Assembly (NCBI GenBank): GCA_964019335.1
Contig: OZ025688.1
Coordinates: 1-64,000, forward strand
Length of the DNA: 64,000 nucleotides
Direction: 5' to 3'
Source of the DNA: Diplonema japonicum
Taxonomy: Eukaryota; Protista; Euglenozoa: Diplonemea
Shown here: positions 47,801-57,438 of the stretch, in pieces
Layout of the letters: every line of letters starts with the position of its first letter
Numbering within the stretch: position 1 is the stretch's first letter
The notes under the pieces: model-generated
Told to the model about the DNA's origin: nothing
The model's input: only the letters and a program-made list of their open reading frames with translations
Database searches by the model: none
Translations under genes and position numbers: made by a program

Positions 47801-49304
47801 TCTTACGCCGGTACTCGACAAAGAAGGACATCAAGAGGCGACACCTTATGGAGAGATGTTGTGGAAAGAGCAGGATGCAGAGTCGATGCACACCGAAGAT
47901 GGCAACGAGGTGTTTATAATCAATGGGACAGTGGTGCTGAAGAAGGGGCATGTGTACCGGACTGAGGACGGCAGGAAAGTGAGTGTCATAAGCGGCCAGG
48001 TGATAACGTGGCACGGAACTGGAAAAGTAGTTACGACACAAGACGAACGCAGCAATGTGATCGAAGGGCCTGATGGCAGGGCAGTCGAGAGCGCAGAAGG
48101 AAAGGTCATCTTGAACTTCAAAGGCGAGCCCTCCACACTCTCTGGTAAGGTAGTAAAGCTGGCAGAAAGAGGGCCTGGTGCTGTGGGACTTGTGTATGCC
48201 ACAACATACAAGGGCAGAGTACTTTACCAAGATCCCTGGGACGAGCTGTGCCTGGAAAATGGTGATGCGGTGCTGCTGGGCATGGACGGCGAACCTTTGC
48301 AAGCAAGTTCAGGGAAGCTTGTGTTGAGCAATCTCCTCACTGAAGACGGCAGCAGAGTTGGTGTTGATGATGGCGGGAAGCCTCTGCAATGGGAGAACGG
48401 CAGTGTGGTGGTGTCACTCAAAGGCACAAACAATGTACTGAACGATGATGGGACGCAGCCCGTTTCGAAGGTGCATCTGGCCGATGACAGCCGCGTGGTG
48501 ACAGAGAGAAATGAACAAGCTTGGCTGGTCAGTTCGAAGGGGGAGTGTTATGGTCTAACACCCCTGAGAGACCCCTTGGGTGACCACAGCGTGCTGCCTG
48601 ATGGGAGGCTTCTATTCAAAGACCCCCAAGGTGCCATGTGCTTGCGCAGCGGAACACCTGTACAGCGCGGGACCACACCCTTGAACACGTCTGTGAACGA
48701 GTCTGAATGGAAGTGGACAAGTGGGTTTTGTGCAAGCCGCCCAATGACACCGCAAGACAGGGTCTTCGCATCTCCTTTGAAGGACATCAGTGTGAACACG
48801 ACGACCATGCCTAGCGCCAGTGTGCAGTCAGGGCCTGTGTCGAAGGCGGAACGAACACTGCGATCGCAGTTGAGCACGTTAAGTGAAAAGCTGGAAGCGG
48901 AGAAATTGGAGAGAATGAAGGTGGGGGCGAACTTGAAGATGGAAAAGATGAAAATGAGCAGCACAATGGACAGGGTTATGGTACTCAAGGAATTTGCAAA
49001 CAGTACCATGCAGCCCCAGGGAGCGAAAGATGTTGAAATATTCGAGACACACGTCCACCAGACGCAACTGGAGGAGCGTGACGATGCGCTGTCCTTGTCG
49101 CCCATTGTGTCGGACCCTTCCGAAGAGCAGGGATCTTCCTTCCAATCTCCTCAAGTAGAGGTCAAGCTCCACGTCACACCAAATAACCCATCCACCATCA
49201 CGCAATATACTACAGCACGTGCAGCACATCTGGAAGAATGGGACAGGGACACAGACCTGCAAACTATCCTCAACCCTTGTGTAACACTAGATGAGTTCTC
49301 TTAG
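38880..49304 (+). CDS. Giant 3474-aa protein: N-terminal coiled coil, about 2900 aa of DG-rich beta-type repeats, short C-terminal coiled coil
   Basis: 10.4-kb uninterrupted ORF; recurring EDGxxVA..GxPLxWxDGxxV motif; no signal peptide seen. Confidence 0.9.
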   Translation: MLNRHPSRSSGVPRVDSRASSSNAELKVAEDEIAELQARVKKLQTTLRTTKQNLEEELEQRDDELGAALTEIEELKASIMADKMAALSQQDDEFAQRMEELTKRRREVDAKLKTMTTQHKAALRETVCFRTISHSRIVMNTYFYKMLKLVSGRRYRLLEEQLHRTHQADQSTIEDLNRKLAESVFSSAPNQFSSLIANLHASILTLDADQNRAGLPLVEQDLRSALKCEADWLMLQREYEQVAKEHLREKISAAGCEAEVREVLNDINIQWDDKEGLQELRRAQEAIQQLTSKLEMQTESSTPPASPMESPPMSPVLSTVKSVQHTIVIPVPDCCSTEVQTDPLPLTVSRPVSPIHSLLSSPSSVSSNQEKDTDSLIDPLEPSLAQPPVQPTPLRGHDGRPLPGYTVAVDNTTALTPAGTVILASDGRPVQVDEAGWPCDSSGQPLKLFDVGGGLICLSVSQLVHNGCPIFVSTEGEHYLENGTNIVLHDGKLLVDDEGYLVTKQRDNSGESFRTEDGKVAVVTDGQPVVWENSKAAVANDGTLTSPVGGTIEAPDGLPVKVTATGHPVTASGTPVVLLTHTHPPMAMVAHPQTGLFVDCDKHLRTSSGDVVVTKAGKPLRSKTNELVVIPKETGIPVLESGMAVLLKDVDTKEVLLWEDGTPVMVSSDGKHVIGRDGKRVHGVRVSEDHTAVTFQGVQATLVCLEDGRTAALVPVEGEQKLFRNIDGELCTVNGAKVAQANGAPLTSHDGCFVVEEDTVHGVGYELEDGRRVAVDAEGQVLSLDGRVCTVSDDGRVVVDTFGTPLVGPDSRPCLFSDDNKVMTSRKVPVQLGTRDGCFVALIKDGEYFVDRAGDKCLASGLKVETCDNGDVLKASNGASVLKEGITTDGMLVTSGRWKDGSVVVANSKKEILDKNENAIEGLRYEEDAIVFGDGERVLLFDDNFGNIVIADEGAGDALIHENNLIKARNSHLYTQAGDRVHSIGGVPLLHGTMPVLSSLQGLHLADGRTVAMCGEMPLKWNSGAPVLCDLERRMLNEDGSPEERCRAMARGDLCWDGTYGATVANNEVVIKKRDGLFCLPSGEQCTEDGLLVLPITSTDGRHVLASINTLEDGTPVALKEDNEVLTWPSGHAVICSNAGAVLDPKGGLLLGLLLDKNKHLMLDSGEHVSLSLDETNEPVVLIPMPHASNDLYTDMKGVYRTSRGRRVALSEGQPLTDNSSRLVTRSIAGVLATDDNRLIAVHPDGQPILSSQGTAISSLKEGSVVPDVVFNNLPVSLSVTGHPVTASGTPVVLLTHTHPPMAMVAHPQTGLFVDCDKHLRTSSGDVVVTKAGKPLRSKTNELVVIPKETGIPVLESGMAVLLKDVDTKEVLLWEDGTPVMVSSDGKHVIGRDGKRVHGVRVSEDHTAVTFQGVQATLVCLEDGRTAALVPVEGEQKLFRNIDGELCTVNGAKVAQANGAPLTSHDGCFVVEEDTVHGVGYELEDGRRVAVDAEGQVLSLDGRVCTVSDDGRVVVDTFGTPLVGPDSRPCLFSDDNKVMTSRKVPVQLGTRDGCFVALIKDGEYFVDRAGDKCLASGLKVETCDNGDVLKASNGASVLKEGITTDGMLVTSGRWKDGSVIVADEERNVLGPQLQTLPGITVNTNNKLLNHKGVEVKLVNTSEGVVALEDMGSGVFMYGMELFLEDGSRLLMNGSKPFTSADGKMAALDVNTSNLILVTRNMKKSTSGVVIQTTKGIHCLWEDSGYLVVGNKSGEVLDTKLSIVNGIRHAEGVVGEGVHFAKGVAMMPSRHGLFRHISDEDDIRTATGDEVVVQDGRVVRTDSGVAAWADKQIVLYPSMKRVATMPNGKVLRKSDGSLVLGSSCGKVEGIPGAYFNNRNNLVSKTNADVVLLEMDSGKMTPATALEAQPGMYQALDCSSLLDSKGQEIIDVENKVALAPEGPVVVGTDRKVALTVTGEILKTNTGKVVSYSSTVKGSEVYVGDTVLQAPIRINTRGRVEDNIIIINDEVVLVPEKVFNGVQLYTSTEGELVTHLNEKVAVGPSGSPLSTSDGKLVLASLALLDGTPIGLEGYATPFIFEGHAVIIIDGIAMHKRQPLIAAGKPVHANRHNVLVTEEGKVTVANDYMLLVEVKDVATGNSIFYDQERVPRTQHGGAVSLNGGIPVVAEGQLVVVNKDNTMHLEDGTEVVNDVKWSDGMPVTCMGPGPGQSVIRTRDAQPLLGPDGKEVVVVKGSVYTSDKRQLLELKMDPGDCLTVLAKSVTYPSLYTDNAGRLCTKEGVCVIRNGEPLMSADGSFIIKTASGVYSRCDGRGKVIMKKGTMQPLTWADGIVAVTDDLLLRSPDGRLVEGVKISPSGRVVNHEGQEVDVVLQPSGMVVCITPHGCHWRDAFDRLCTKAGELIATTDGVPITAADGSVVLHSNERNSAAPRYVTGGNGSPVACTSDGKVALWDTGNAMVCGSDGKTLLNPKGEPVHGVVISKEGKLMNKSGEEVVVVPTDPPMLLREYQGHYMDEVGVLRVKDGRAILLNAHGVPYYSKNQVVVRTNADVTMEDGTRVALRGDGTPLTWPDGAVVTQVQGMSIVKGTLVHDTTKRKGSISLRGTPVLHRHDTLWERGDGSLCLLDDRTVYTTKEGNPVRGAGGYLLGDVNKLEDGTPVAMQYGEPLLWNSNEPAVVGLDRKTLLDSARVPITGPDGRFVVVTEDGSLQTPNGQDVIITIVDDAPVAMTQKRDLQGKICRVGGRTLFSDQTGATRLEQGEEVILVDDQPVQHAGGFVIKAGGRLSISGALNLTVVNNAKGQPVVWKDGTAMTSTGGKVDGVPGVYTSPKGQPLDKHGNSIVLHLGKEGDMVPLVSSNEHSGLFTSLYEPESLFTEAGHTVVLGTNGWPLKDHQGRTVISMGKADDILYKTVDGITVVKARGAPLTTPEGTAMIRSPKGLLDIGKTIMHEVQVTPEGKLVSSNTGLPCMLVFKNEERPLVLTPVLDKEGHQEATPYGEMLWKEQDAESMHTEDGNEVFIINGTVVLKKGHVYRTEDGRKVSVISGQVITWHGTGKVVTTQDERSNVIEGPDGRAVESAEGKVILNFKGEPSTLSGKVVKLAERGPGAVGLVYATTYKGRVLYQDPWDELCLENGDAVLLGMDGEPLQASSGKLVLSNLLTEDGSRVGVDDGGKPLQWENGSVVVSLKGTNNVLNDDGTQPVSKVHLADDSRVVTERNEQAWLVSSKGECYGLTPLRDPLGDHSVLPDGRLLFKDPQGAMCLRSGTPVQRGTTPLNTSVNESEWKWTSGFCASRPMTPQDRVFASPLKDISVNTTTMPSASVQSGPVSKAERTLRSQLSTLSEKLEAEKLERMKVGANLKMEKMKMSSTMDRVMVLKEFANSTMQPQGAKDVEIFETHVHQTQLEERDDALSLSPIVSDPSEEQGSSFQSPQVEVKLHVTPNNPSTITQYTTARAAHLEEWDRDTDLQTILNPCVTLDEFS
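40571..43732 (+). repeat. 1014-bp near-identical direct repeat within the giant ORF (40571-41584 = 42719-43732)
   Basis: Offset 2148 nt (in frame); by eye only one synonymous difference (ACT/ACC near 40625/42773). Confidence 0.95.
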
Positions 49305-49424
49305 ATTAGATACTAGACTATAATGTACGGACGTCCTTTCATTTTTTATTCTTTTTTTCTCTTCCTGTTATCTGTTTTCCCTTTCAACCACCACAGGGTC
49401 GAGGTTGGGTGTTGGAGGCTGGTG

Positions 49425-51006
49425 ATGAACGTGCCACCTTTAGAAGAATGGGAGCAGCGGCCACTGCTGCTGCGGTGGAACCCGACGAACAGGAAAGAGG
49501 ACAGCCCAGCCCCTGGGACAGTGATGAAGATAAACAGCGAACACACGATACCCTTTGAGTCAGAGCTGTTCAAAGGGGTGTTCCATCTGTCCATTAGGTA
49601 CGTAGAAAACTGTGAATACGACCCATGGGGGGAGACGGGGCATAACAAGGGGAGGAAGAGGAAGATTGTGGCATACTTTCAAGGAGAGTTCAAGAAAAGG
49701 CTTGCCTTTGATGATGTGCTGTTCGGGTTCATCTGGAACAAGCCCCTCTCCCCGCCAAGAGGTATTGGTGTGGCTATGAAGGTGTGCGAGAGCTTCTCAC
49801 CCGGCACTGTTTCCAACGTGGTCTGTGACAAGCCGTACATGCTTAACATCATTGCAGGCGGTGCGGACTCCATCCACGTCTGGTCGCCTAACGACCCCCC
49901 CGAAGAAAAGCTCGACCCCTCCGTCCCCCATTTTCTGTACGAAAGGGAGGGAGGTGACCTTCCAAAGTTCAAGGGTATGAAAGAACGTGCGAAATGGATG
50001 CATGTATGTCCCTCACCAACACCAATAACCAATACACACACAGAAAAAGAACCCAAACGGTGGCACCAATGCATCTAACTGCTTCTACGAACCCGGCTGG
50101 ACATACAGCTTCGACTTCTACACCCACCTGCTCTTCATGAACCTGTTTGAAGTGCACTTCCCTCTCGGGGTTACCTACTGGCAGATTAAACTGGACGATT
50201 ACTTCAACGGCCAGCCCTATCCTATCTGCGCCGTCACGAAAGATGGTCAGAAGCTGTGGGACTTCGAGCTGTGGCATGAGAAGACCACCAAAAAGGCAGG
50301 ACCTGAAATATGGAGAAAAGGACCACCTGAGCCTGCACCAGCCCCTATTCCCGTGCCATCTACTCCTACTGCTGGCTCCGTTCGTCATATGAGCCAGGTC
50401 CTGTCACGGGCCGAGGGATCTGATGAAGATTCAGACGCACTGTTGATGTCGTGTATCGACGAGGAGGAGGAAGAGCATGACCTGGCGTCGGACGACTCGG
50501 AGCCCAAGGAAGGGTACGTGAGCCCTGAGGTTGCGCCGCTGGTGCCGATGGTTGAAACGAAAGACAACATAGGAATGGTGCTGTGGGCGGGGAAGAGATT
50601 GCGCGACATGCCCAGAATGAGCTCAGGGTGGGCGACAAAAAAGAAAGAGATTCCCCAGGGGTGCAAGGTGACTCTGATGCAGACAACAGACTCGGGGTGG
50701 ACAGAAGTAAAGCTGCCCGGCGGTGTTACAGGGTGGATGCAGACACACCACCTGAGCAAATTAACGTCCATCCCAGAGGGAAGGGAACCGGGGCGTGGGG
50801 TCATCACCGCCAAAAGAAAGCGGGTCAGGGAGCTACCGAAGGCGAAGGCACGGCGACACGGGCCGTACTTGAACATGGACGAGGAGGCACATGTGATCAC
50901 GTACACAGGCCACTGGGCACTTATAATGCCTGCCAAGGGGCCGGCTGGCTGGATCAAAGCAAGCAACATAAGGCTCATACCAGACACGCCAGAGGGCGAG
51001 CGTTAG
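49425..51006 (+). CDS. DUF1769-like domain fused to two SH3-like (bacterial SH3b-type) domains
   Basis: FESELFKG..KGRKR..QGEFKK..DDVLFG..KPYM..YSFDFY; C-terminal GWTEVKLPGGVTGWM and HWALI..AGWIKASNI; intron 50004-50043. Confidence 0.72.
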
Positions 51007-52744
51007 CACGTGACCCCGGAAGGGGCACACGGTACCTTCTCTCCTTCTTTCTGCCCCTATGTACGAACTGCGGTAACGTGGGCAAGACCACTGCCGCACC
51101 GTTGCCGGGCCTGAGTGTTCCTCTTTTTTGTTTTTAAAATTTTTGTGTCTGATTTCTTTTTTTTCTTTTTCCTTGCTTTTTCCTCTTTTTTTCTCTTCCC
51201 CCCCTCACTTCGCTTACTGTTTCCCCCTCGTTACATGTTTTTTTTTCTTTTTTTCTTTCGGCCTGTCGATTGTGATTCCAAAGAGAATGGGGAAAAAACG
51301 GAGAGAAATTAACAAGCAACCGCAGCCTGCCCTTTCAAGTGGGAAACACCCCCTCATCATGGGAGAAGGGAAATCGAAAGGAAGGGGCGTTGCTCATGCA
51401 CTATCTGTGTTGGGTTTTCTTCTTCTTTTTTTTATTATTTTGTTGTTTCACTCTTCAGAAATTACTTCACGCTAAATCCCATTTATATTCACGAAAAGAC
51501 TTTCTGAGCCGCAAGTGCAAAATGGCAAAGGTCACGACCCCCAAGCACTGGAGTTATGAGGAAAAAAACTGAGAAAGTCAGCCATGTGTATCTACTCTAG
51601 CATGTTAAAGTTTCAAAACCCTCAGAGTGTTGTACCGTGATACCACTCCTGCCGTCGGGGAAGGATTTCCCTCGTCTCGAGATAACGGTTCAAGTCCTTA
51701 CCTTTGTCGGCAGTAAATAGCTATTTGTTTTTTGTTGCGCCTGTAAATCGCTTAAAGTCTCCTGTCTTCCCCCCTTTTTTTATTCCTTCCTTCCATCTTT
51801 CGTCTTCCCCCCATTTTTTTTGTTTTTCTTTTTTGGGACAAAGAAAGAAATGTCGACAAATGAGGCATCAAGAAGTAAAAATTGAGCACGGGGCTAGTTG
51901 TTCGTCCTGTTTTTTTTTTTCCTTTTTTTTTTTCTTGTGTGTGTTAATTATGCTTTCAATATGGAAAGAACGAAAGCCAAAATAATGAAATGATTGTGTG
52001 TTCATAAGCCCAAGGGGAAGGAGAGAGATATTAAGGAAAAAAAAATATATATCGTTGGGAAGAGAATTGGGGTTAGGGTGGAATGGGAGAAATTAAATGA
52101 AGAAAAAGGAGAAAAAAAAAAGAGTGGTCATAAAACTGGGGAGGAAATGAGGGGGGGAACACACACCTGCACAATAGAAAAGAAAAAAGGGGAGGGGGGG
52201 AAGGGGGGATCTGCAAATGTCTAGTTATTGTTATCCAGTAAAAAACAGCCAACCGTCTTCCCTTTCTACTGTTGAATGATAAGAAGTTAACTCCCCCCTT
52301 CCCCTTGGGTCGCCTGAAGCACGTTTTACCTTGGTCCTTTGAAAAAGAAATGGGATTTGATACCTTAAGGCCATTGTGAAAGTATCCTTTTTTTTCCCGC
52401 TGTGTTCCTACCAAGTTTTGCTTCGGTTACTTGATTGGGAAAATAAAAAAAGAAGCACCCCCCCACTTATTTTTTATATACCGTGTACCTAGCTAGCTAT
52501 ATGTTCGTTTCCCTTTCCCTTTCCCTTTCCCTTTCCCATTCTTACCCGCCGTTCCCCATTCTCTTTTATTTTATCTTTTTGTCAATGATTCTTTTTTTCT
52601 TTTTTTTTTTTACTTCCCCTTTTCATGTTTCTGTTCTTTTTTTTTTAATGTGTTCTCTATACCATGGCAGCATCATAACAGGCCTCTACTCCCTACGCCC
52701 TGCTCCTGCTCGTGTTCTTTGCCGAGTGGGTGCATTAAGGGACG

Positions 52745-53824
52745 ATGCATGCCACCTGTGACGAGAGCAAGCCCATCGGGAGTGTAAGATGGATCATAGT
52801 AGTGTGGTATATGTGCAGTGTGGTGGGTAACATGACTTCAAAGATGGTGCTCACGATATTTGAGTACCCGGTGACTGTGATGATGGGGCCGACGCTGGTG
52901 GGTGCTGTGAGTGTGCCCCTCCTTGCCCACTTCTTGCCCCCGAAGTGGGCCGGCTGGCTTCTGACAGGTTCCTCCACCGAGACCAACACTTACAAATGGT
53001 CATTCTCAGCATTGAGGCAAACCGCCCGTGAGAGATACCGCCTCTGCCTCTTCCTCGGCTTCCTCTCCCTCACTGCAGGGCTTCTCCACCGCGTTGCCCT
53101 CATGAGCGTCAGCGTCTCCTTCGCCCACACCGTCAAGGCCATCCAGCCCCTCTATGCTTGTATTTTTAGTTACCTCATCTTCGGTTCAACCCCGACACTC
53201 CTCTCCAGCCTGTCGCTTTTCTTCGTCATTGTTGGCATCATGCTGTCTGTCTTCAGCGAGAACAACATTCTGACCACCACCCACGGTGTGGTCGCGCTGC
53301 AGATGTCGGTAGCTGCGCTGAGCATGTCCTCTGTGGTGCAGAAGGTTATCCTTGTAGGCCTCGACAGGGCAGAGGTCTTCGCCATTATTACCGGTACAGC
53401 CACGCTGCTCAACGCTGTTGTGTGGACTGTGCACGACCTGCCGCTCTTCATCGCATCTCTGCAAGAGGGCCGCTCCATTGTGAAGGGTTCCCACACACAC
53501 CTCTTGCTGCTAACCCTCGTCAACGCCACCGCGTTGGCCATGCAGCACTTCACGTCGCTGTCGGCATTGCAGAAGCTCTCGCCCACCTCGCACTCCATGG
53601 TGGCCTGCATGAAGCGTGTGGTCATTATAGCCGTCTCTTCCGTCTTCTTCAGCAACAAGATGGGACCTGTCAATGTCCTGGGTGCTGCCATCGCTGTCGC
53701 AGGTGTCACTGTTTATGAGCGGAGCAGGGCACCTAGCAAGGCGACCCCCATGGTCCAGTCACCCAAGGCAGCACGCTTCCTCGGCTTTCTAAGCCCTCAG
53801 AAGAGGGACACGTCGCTGGTTTAG
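52745..53824 (+). CDS. Triose-phosphate transporter family protein (SLC35E-like)
   Basis: WY..SK..L..FEYP, VSVSFAHTVKAIQP, LSPTSHSMVACMKRVVII, GAAIAVAGVTVY. Confidence 0.9.
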   Translation: MHATCDESKPIGSVRWIIVVWYMCSVVGNMTSKMVLTIFEYPVTVMMGPTLVGAVSVPLLAHFLPPKWAGWLLTGSSTETNTYKWSFSALRQTARERYRLCLFLGFLSLTAGLLHRVALMSVSVSFAHTVKAIQPLYACIFSYLIFGSTPTLLSSLSLFFVIVGIMLSVFSENNILTTTHGVVALQMSVAALSMSSVVQKVILVGLDRAEVFAIITGTATLLNAVVWTVHDLPLFIASLQEGRSIVKGSHTHLLLLTLVNATALAMQHFTSLSALQKLSPTSHSMVACMKRVVIIAVSSVFFSNKMGPVNVLGAAIAVAGVTVYERSRAPSKATPMVQSPKAARFLGFLSPQKRDTSLV

Positions 53825-53891
53825 TTGTACTTTACGCTTACGTTATGGTATTCCTCATTGCTAGCACGCAGTGCATACAGGCTTGGCCAAG

Positions 53892-54773
53892 ATGTGGTGG
53901 CGGACGGAAGGTGGGACAGGGAGGTACATAAACTCCGAGACAGAGAAGGAAGGGGCAGCAGAGGACGGGGTGGGGGAGGTGTGTGCTCGGCTTAGCTCAC
54001 GGGAAGAAGTGCTGTCGAAGAGGGAAAAGAAAGTCGAGGAAAAGGAGCGTGTCGTGGAGCAGCTCATGGCGAGCATTAAGGAAGCGACAAGAGACCTAGA
54101 GGAACGCGAGGGGGAGCTGGAGAAGCTGACAAAAGAACATAAGCGCAAGACGAAGGTGGGAGGTGCAGATATTATTATCGAAACACTGGAGAAGCAGCTT
54201 CGCATTACAGAAGAGGCAGCCACGGTGCACAGGAGGAACGAAGAAGACATGCGCAGAGCGCTGCTGCAGAGCGAAGAAGAAGCGTTGCAAAAGTCACAAT
54301 TGTTGCAAGCAGAAATCACTGAGTTATCCCTTACCATAACTGAGCTGGTCGGCGACAACGAACGCCTGGTGCTGAGCCTCGAGGCGCAGCAGGAGAAGGC
54401 CATTGCCTTCAAAAATATGTCTGAAGAAGTCCTTCACGAACTGAAGTTAAAGGAGATAGAAAGACCAACCCCAGTGGTCCAGCAACCGTCTTTTGTAGTG
54501 CGCCCCTTCACGCTCGATAAGCACACACAGGTTTTTTTCCCTGACCCTGCCCATGTTGAGGTGCAGCAGCTTTCGAAAAAGGCAAGCAACTTGTCTGACT
54601 CACTGGTGTCTCAGAGGAGCGTCATGGCTTCCATTTCCGAGGCCCTTGCAGAACTCACCATTGCTGCAGAGAGCTCTGTTGCGCACTCCATCCCTGGTTC
54701 GAAGCTTTCCCAAAGCAATCCACAATCGCTCCGCAGTGTCAGCACGTACGCAGAGCATTTAGAGTCTTTATAG
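53892..54773 (+). CDS. Coiled-coil hypothetical protein
   Basis: Long E/K/L-rich ORF with heptad pattern; first ATG at 53892. Confidence 0.7.
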   Translation: MWWRTEGGTGRYINSETEKEGAAEDGVGEVCARLSSREEVLSKREKKVEEKERVVEQLMASIKEATRDLEEREGELEKLTKEHKRKTKVGGADIIIETLEKQLRITEEAATVHRRNEEDMRRALLQSEEEALQKSQLLQAEITELSLTITELVGDNERLVLSLEAQQEKAIAFKNMSEEVLHELKLKEIERPTPVVQQPSFVVRPFTLDKHTQVFFPDPAHVEVQQLSKKASNLSDSLVSQRSVMASISEALAELTIAAESSVAHSIPGSKLSQSNPQSLRSVSTYAEHLESL

Positions 54774-54827
54774 TTTATTCCATGTAGTGTATATCCCCTA
54801 CCCCCTCACCAACCATCACAGGAGCCA

Positions 54828-55928
54828 ATGCCGGATGGCTCGCGACAGCAAAAAGTAATATTCAAGGAGGAGGAAGGGGAAGGGTTTACTGCAGTGAGGG
54901 TGAAGGCTAAGAAGACGGAACTGGGTAACCGTTTTGAGGGACATCTGGTACTCGAGCGACAGGCGCTGCTCTTTGTAAAGGAGGACCAAGGGCTGTTCAC
55001 ATTGTGGAAGAAAAAGAAGGCAGTGTGTGCATTTCTGACAGCGCAAGAAATCTTGCACCTGCAAGTGACACATGACCGGCTTATCATCATGACAGACAAC
55101 AGCAACGCCGACTGGTGCGTGCAGCTCCTGCCTGACGCAGGGAACACACACAAGTCTGTGACAAGCGTGGCGAAGGAGATACGTCGCTTCTGGCGGTACT
55201 TCATGGGCGGCGAGCTGACGTGCGACACAAAGATCACAATGAAGTTCAAACTGTCAAACCCCAACGCAGACGGGGTGCGGAAGAGGTTCCAGATGATGAA
55301 GAAGAACCTCCCGGTGAAGGCTGAGGCACTGGAGACTGAACAGCTGCGCAACGAGCGAGAACAAGCGATCCGACGGAAGAGGGACATCGAGGCCTCTGAC
55401 GAGGAGGAGGGTGTCGAGATGGACATCGTGATCTCGGAGGGAGGCCTGTCGTCTGAGTGCGAAGAAGAAGAAGAACCTCCCGAGGAGGAGGTGCACATGC
55501 AGGCCCCTGATGGCGATGATGGCGAAGAGGAACACGTACAGCCTGCACCTGTCTCTGCTGCCCCTAAGAAGCAGCGCAGACGGAGGAGACACACAACGCA
55601 AGGCGGCCGTAGCTCTACCCGCAGCCATGACGACAGTCAACGAAGACGCAGCAGGAGGTCAAAAAAACAAGGCAGCGACCCGTTCTGGCGAAATTTCTGT
55701 GCTTCGCATGACGTTCTGGGGCAGCACTGGCAGTCCATCGAACCTGGCGTCGAAGAGTTCATTGCTCATAAGTACTCACACTCGTCCTTGACACAGACTG
55801 ACCCTCTCAGCAGCACCGTGGAGCTTAACTCCTCAGCTGTCTACTCTACTTTGTTGGACAGCACTCGTTTCCCTTCTCAGTCTCGCCCTATGCTGACAGC
55901 AAGGAACCTGTCTAGGCTTGGTGTGTGA
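54828..55928 (+). CDS. Hypothetical protein (possible PH-like N-terminus, acidic and basic tracts)
   Basis: 366-aa ORF with coding-like composition, co-oriented in the cluster. Confidence 0.7.
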   Translation: MPDGSRQQKVIFKEEEGEGFTAVRVKAKKTELGNRFEGHLVLERQALLFVKEDQGLFTLWKKKKAVCAFLTAQEILHLQVTHDRLIIMTDNSNADWCVQLLPDAGNTHKSVTSVAKEIRRFWRYFMGGELTCDTKITMKFKLSNPNADGVRKRFQMMKKNLPVKAEALETEQLRNEREQAIRRKRDIEASDEEEGVEMDIVISEGGLSSECEEEEEPPEEEVHMQAPDGDDGEEEHVQPAPVSAAPKKQRRRRRHTTQGGRSSTRSHDDSQRRRSRRSKKQGSDPFWRNFCASHDVLGQHWQSIEPGVEEFIAHKYSHSSLTQTDPLSSTVELNSSAVYSTLLDSTRFPSQSRPMLTARNLSRLGV

Positions 55929-57312
55929 TAGTGTTGTGGTTGTTAGTTATTCTTTCTTCACCCCCCCCCCCCCCCCATGCGGGGTTCCTTTTTTCCCCTA
56001 TATTTCTTCCCTCCTTCCTTCCTTCCTTCCTTCCCTCCTTTGTTTTTCTCGTTTCTCTGCTGGGGTGAATTACAAAGGCAAACTTCCTTTTTTAAATTTA
56101 TGATTAAAAATCATTTTTTCCTCCAAGTTATGAGCGGGGAAAAAAAAAAAAAAAAAGAAACAAAGAAAAAGAAAAAAAACCTAACTCTTGTGGACACATT
56201 TGAACTTGGGTTATCTGATTCTTCTTTACTTCGTTTTGAACGAACTCGTCTGGAAGCCCGAATTTGCCAGACGAAATTTTTTTTAATACCTTCTTTTAAT
56301 CGGCAATCGTCTAACGGTGCAACCAGCACACCCTCACTTATCTTCTACCATACCTATGTAGATGGTGCCTTTCTTTTTAATTTAATCCACCCTGTCACCG
56401 CGACAGACATCTACATGGGCTTCCTTTTCACCCTTTATCCTTATCACCTGATATCTCTGCCACAACAGTCGTAGCTTTGTTTCCTCTTTCTGTCCAGAGG
56501 TGAGACAGTTTAGTTTGGCTTTAACCCGCTCTGCTCTAAGGTAATAAGCTAATAAGCAGCCAAACTCTTCCCCTGTCTCATCCTAGATTCCTTTTTTCTT
56601 TTTTTTTCTTTTTACAATGAACTCCCCTCCTTTTTTTTTTTGTTTTTCCTTCTTTCTTCAACGAACTACCGTAAAGGAGCTCGTTTTTTTTTTTCTACGA
56701 CCCTCATGTTCCCCACAGTGCCCTGCGCGCTATATATCGAATAGTGTAGCAATTTAAGTCCCCCCTCTCTCCCCACCTCGAATTCTGAGGGGTAAAAACG
56801 CTTCCCCCCCCCCTTGAAAAACTCATGGTTGGCTGGCCCTGTTTCGTTGGGGTGAAAAAATAGCTTCCCCCCCCTTTTTTTTCCCCTCCGTTCTCCTTCC
56901 TCTGTCCCCTTCGCGTCATATCGACCCCAACACGTTCGGCTGTGTCACAAACCGCGTCCTCTAAGCAGAGGCGAGCATTTTTACCTATTCCCTCTTCCCC
57001 CTTATATGCTTCACTAGAGTTATCTATTTTTTTTTTTTTGTAAGTCATAAGTGGTTTTAGTGTACAACGTCTGAACAAAACCGGGCTGGCACTTCTTCCC
57101 TATCATAATTCGCATGAGGGGCTTGGTGTTTTTTCTCTCTCTTTTTTTTCTTTCTGTTGCGCACAAACAAAGAACGAAATATCTCACCCGTCACCTCACC
57201 CGTTAAGAAACGATGGCCATCTTTTTCTGGTTTTTCTGTAGAGGCAACCAATAACTGCAACAAGCGGGGGAAAAGGTTACAGCAAAGAACCGACCGTGTA
57301 CTAAGATGTAAA

Positions 57313-57354
<42 letters not shown>

Positions 57355-57407
57355 CAATACACAATTTCAGTGTGCATGGGGGTGCTCACTGTTTTAAAAG
57401 AAACAGG

Positions 57408-57438
<31 letters not shown>

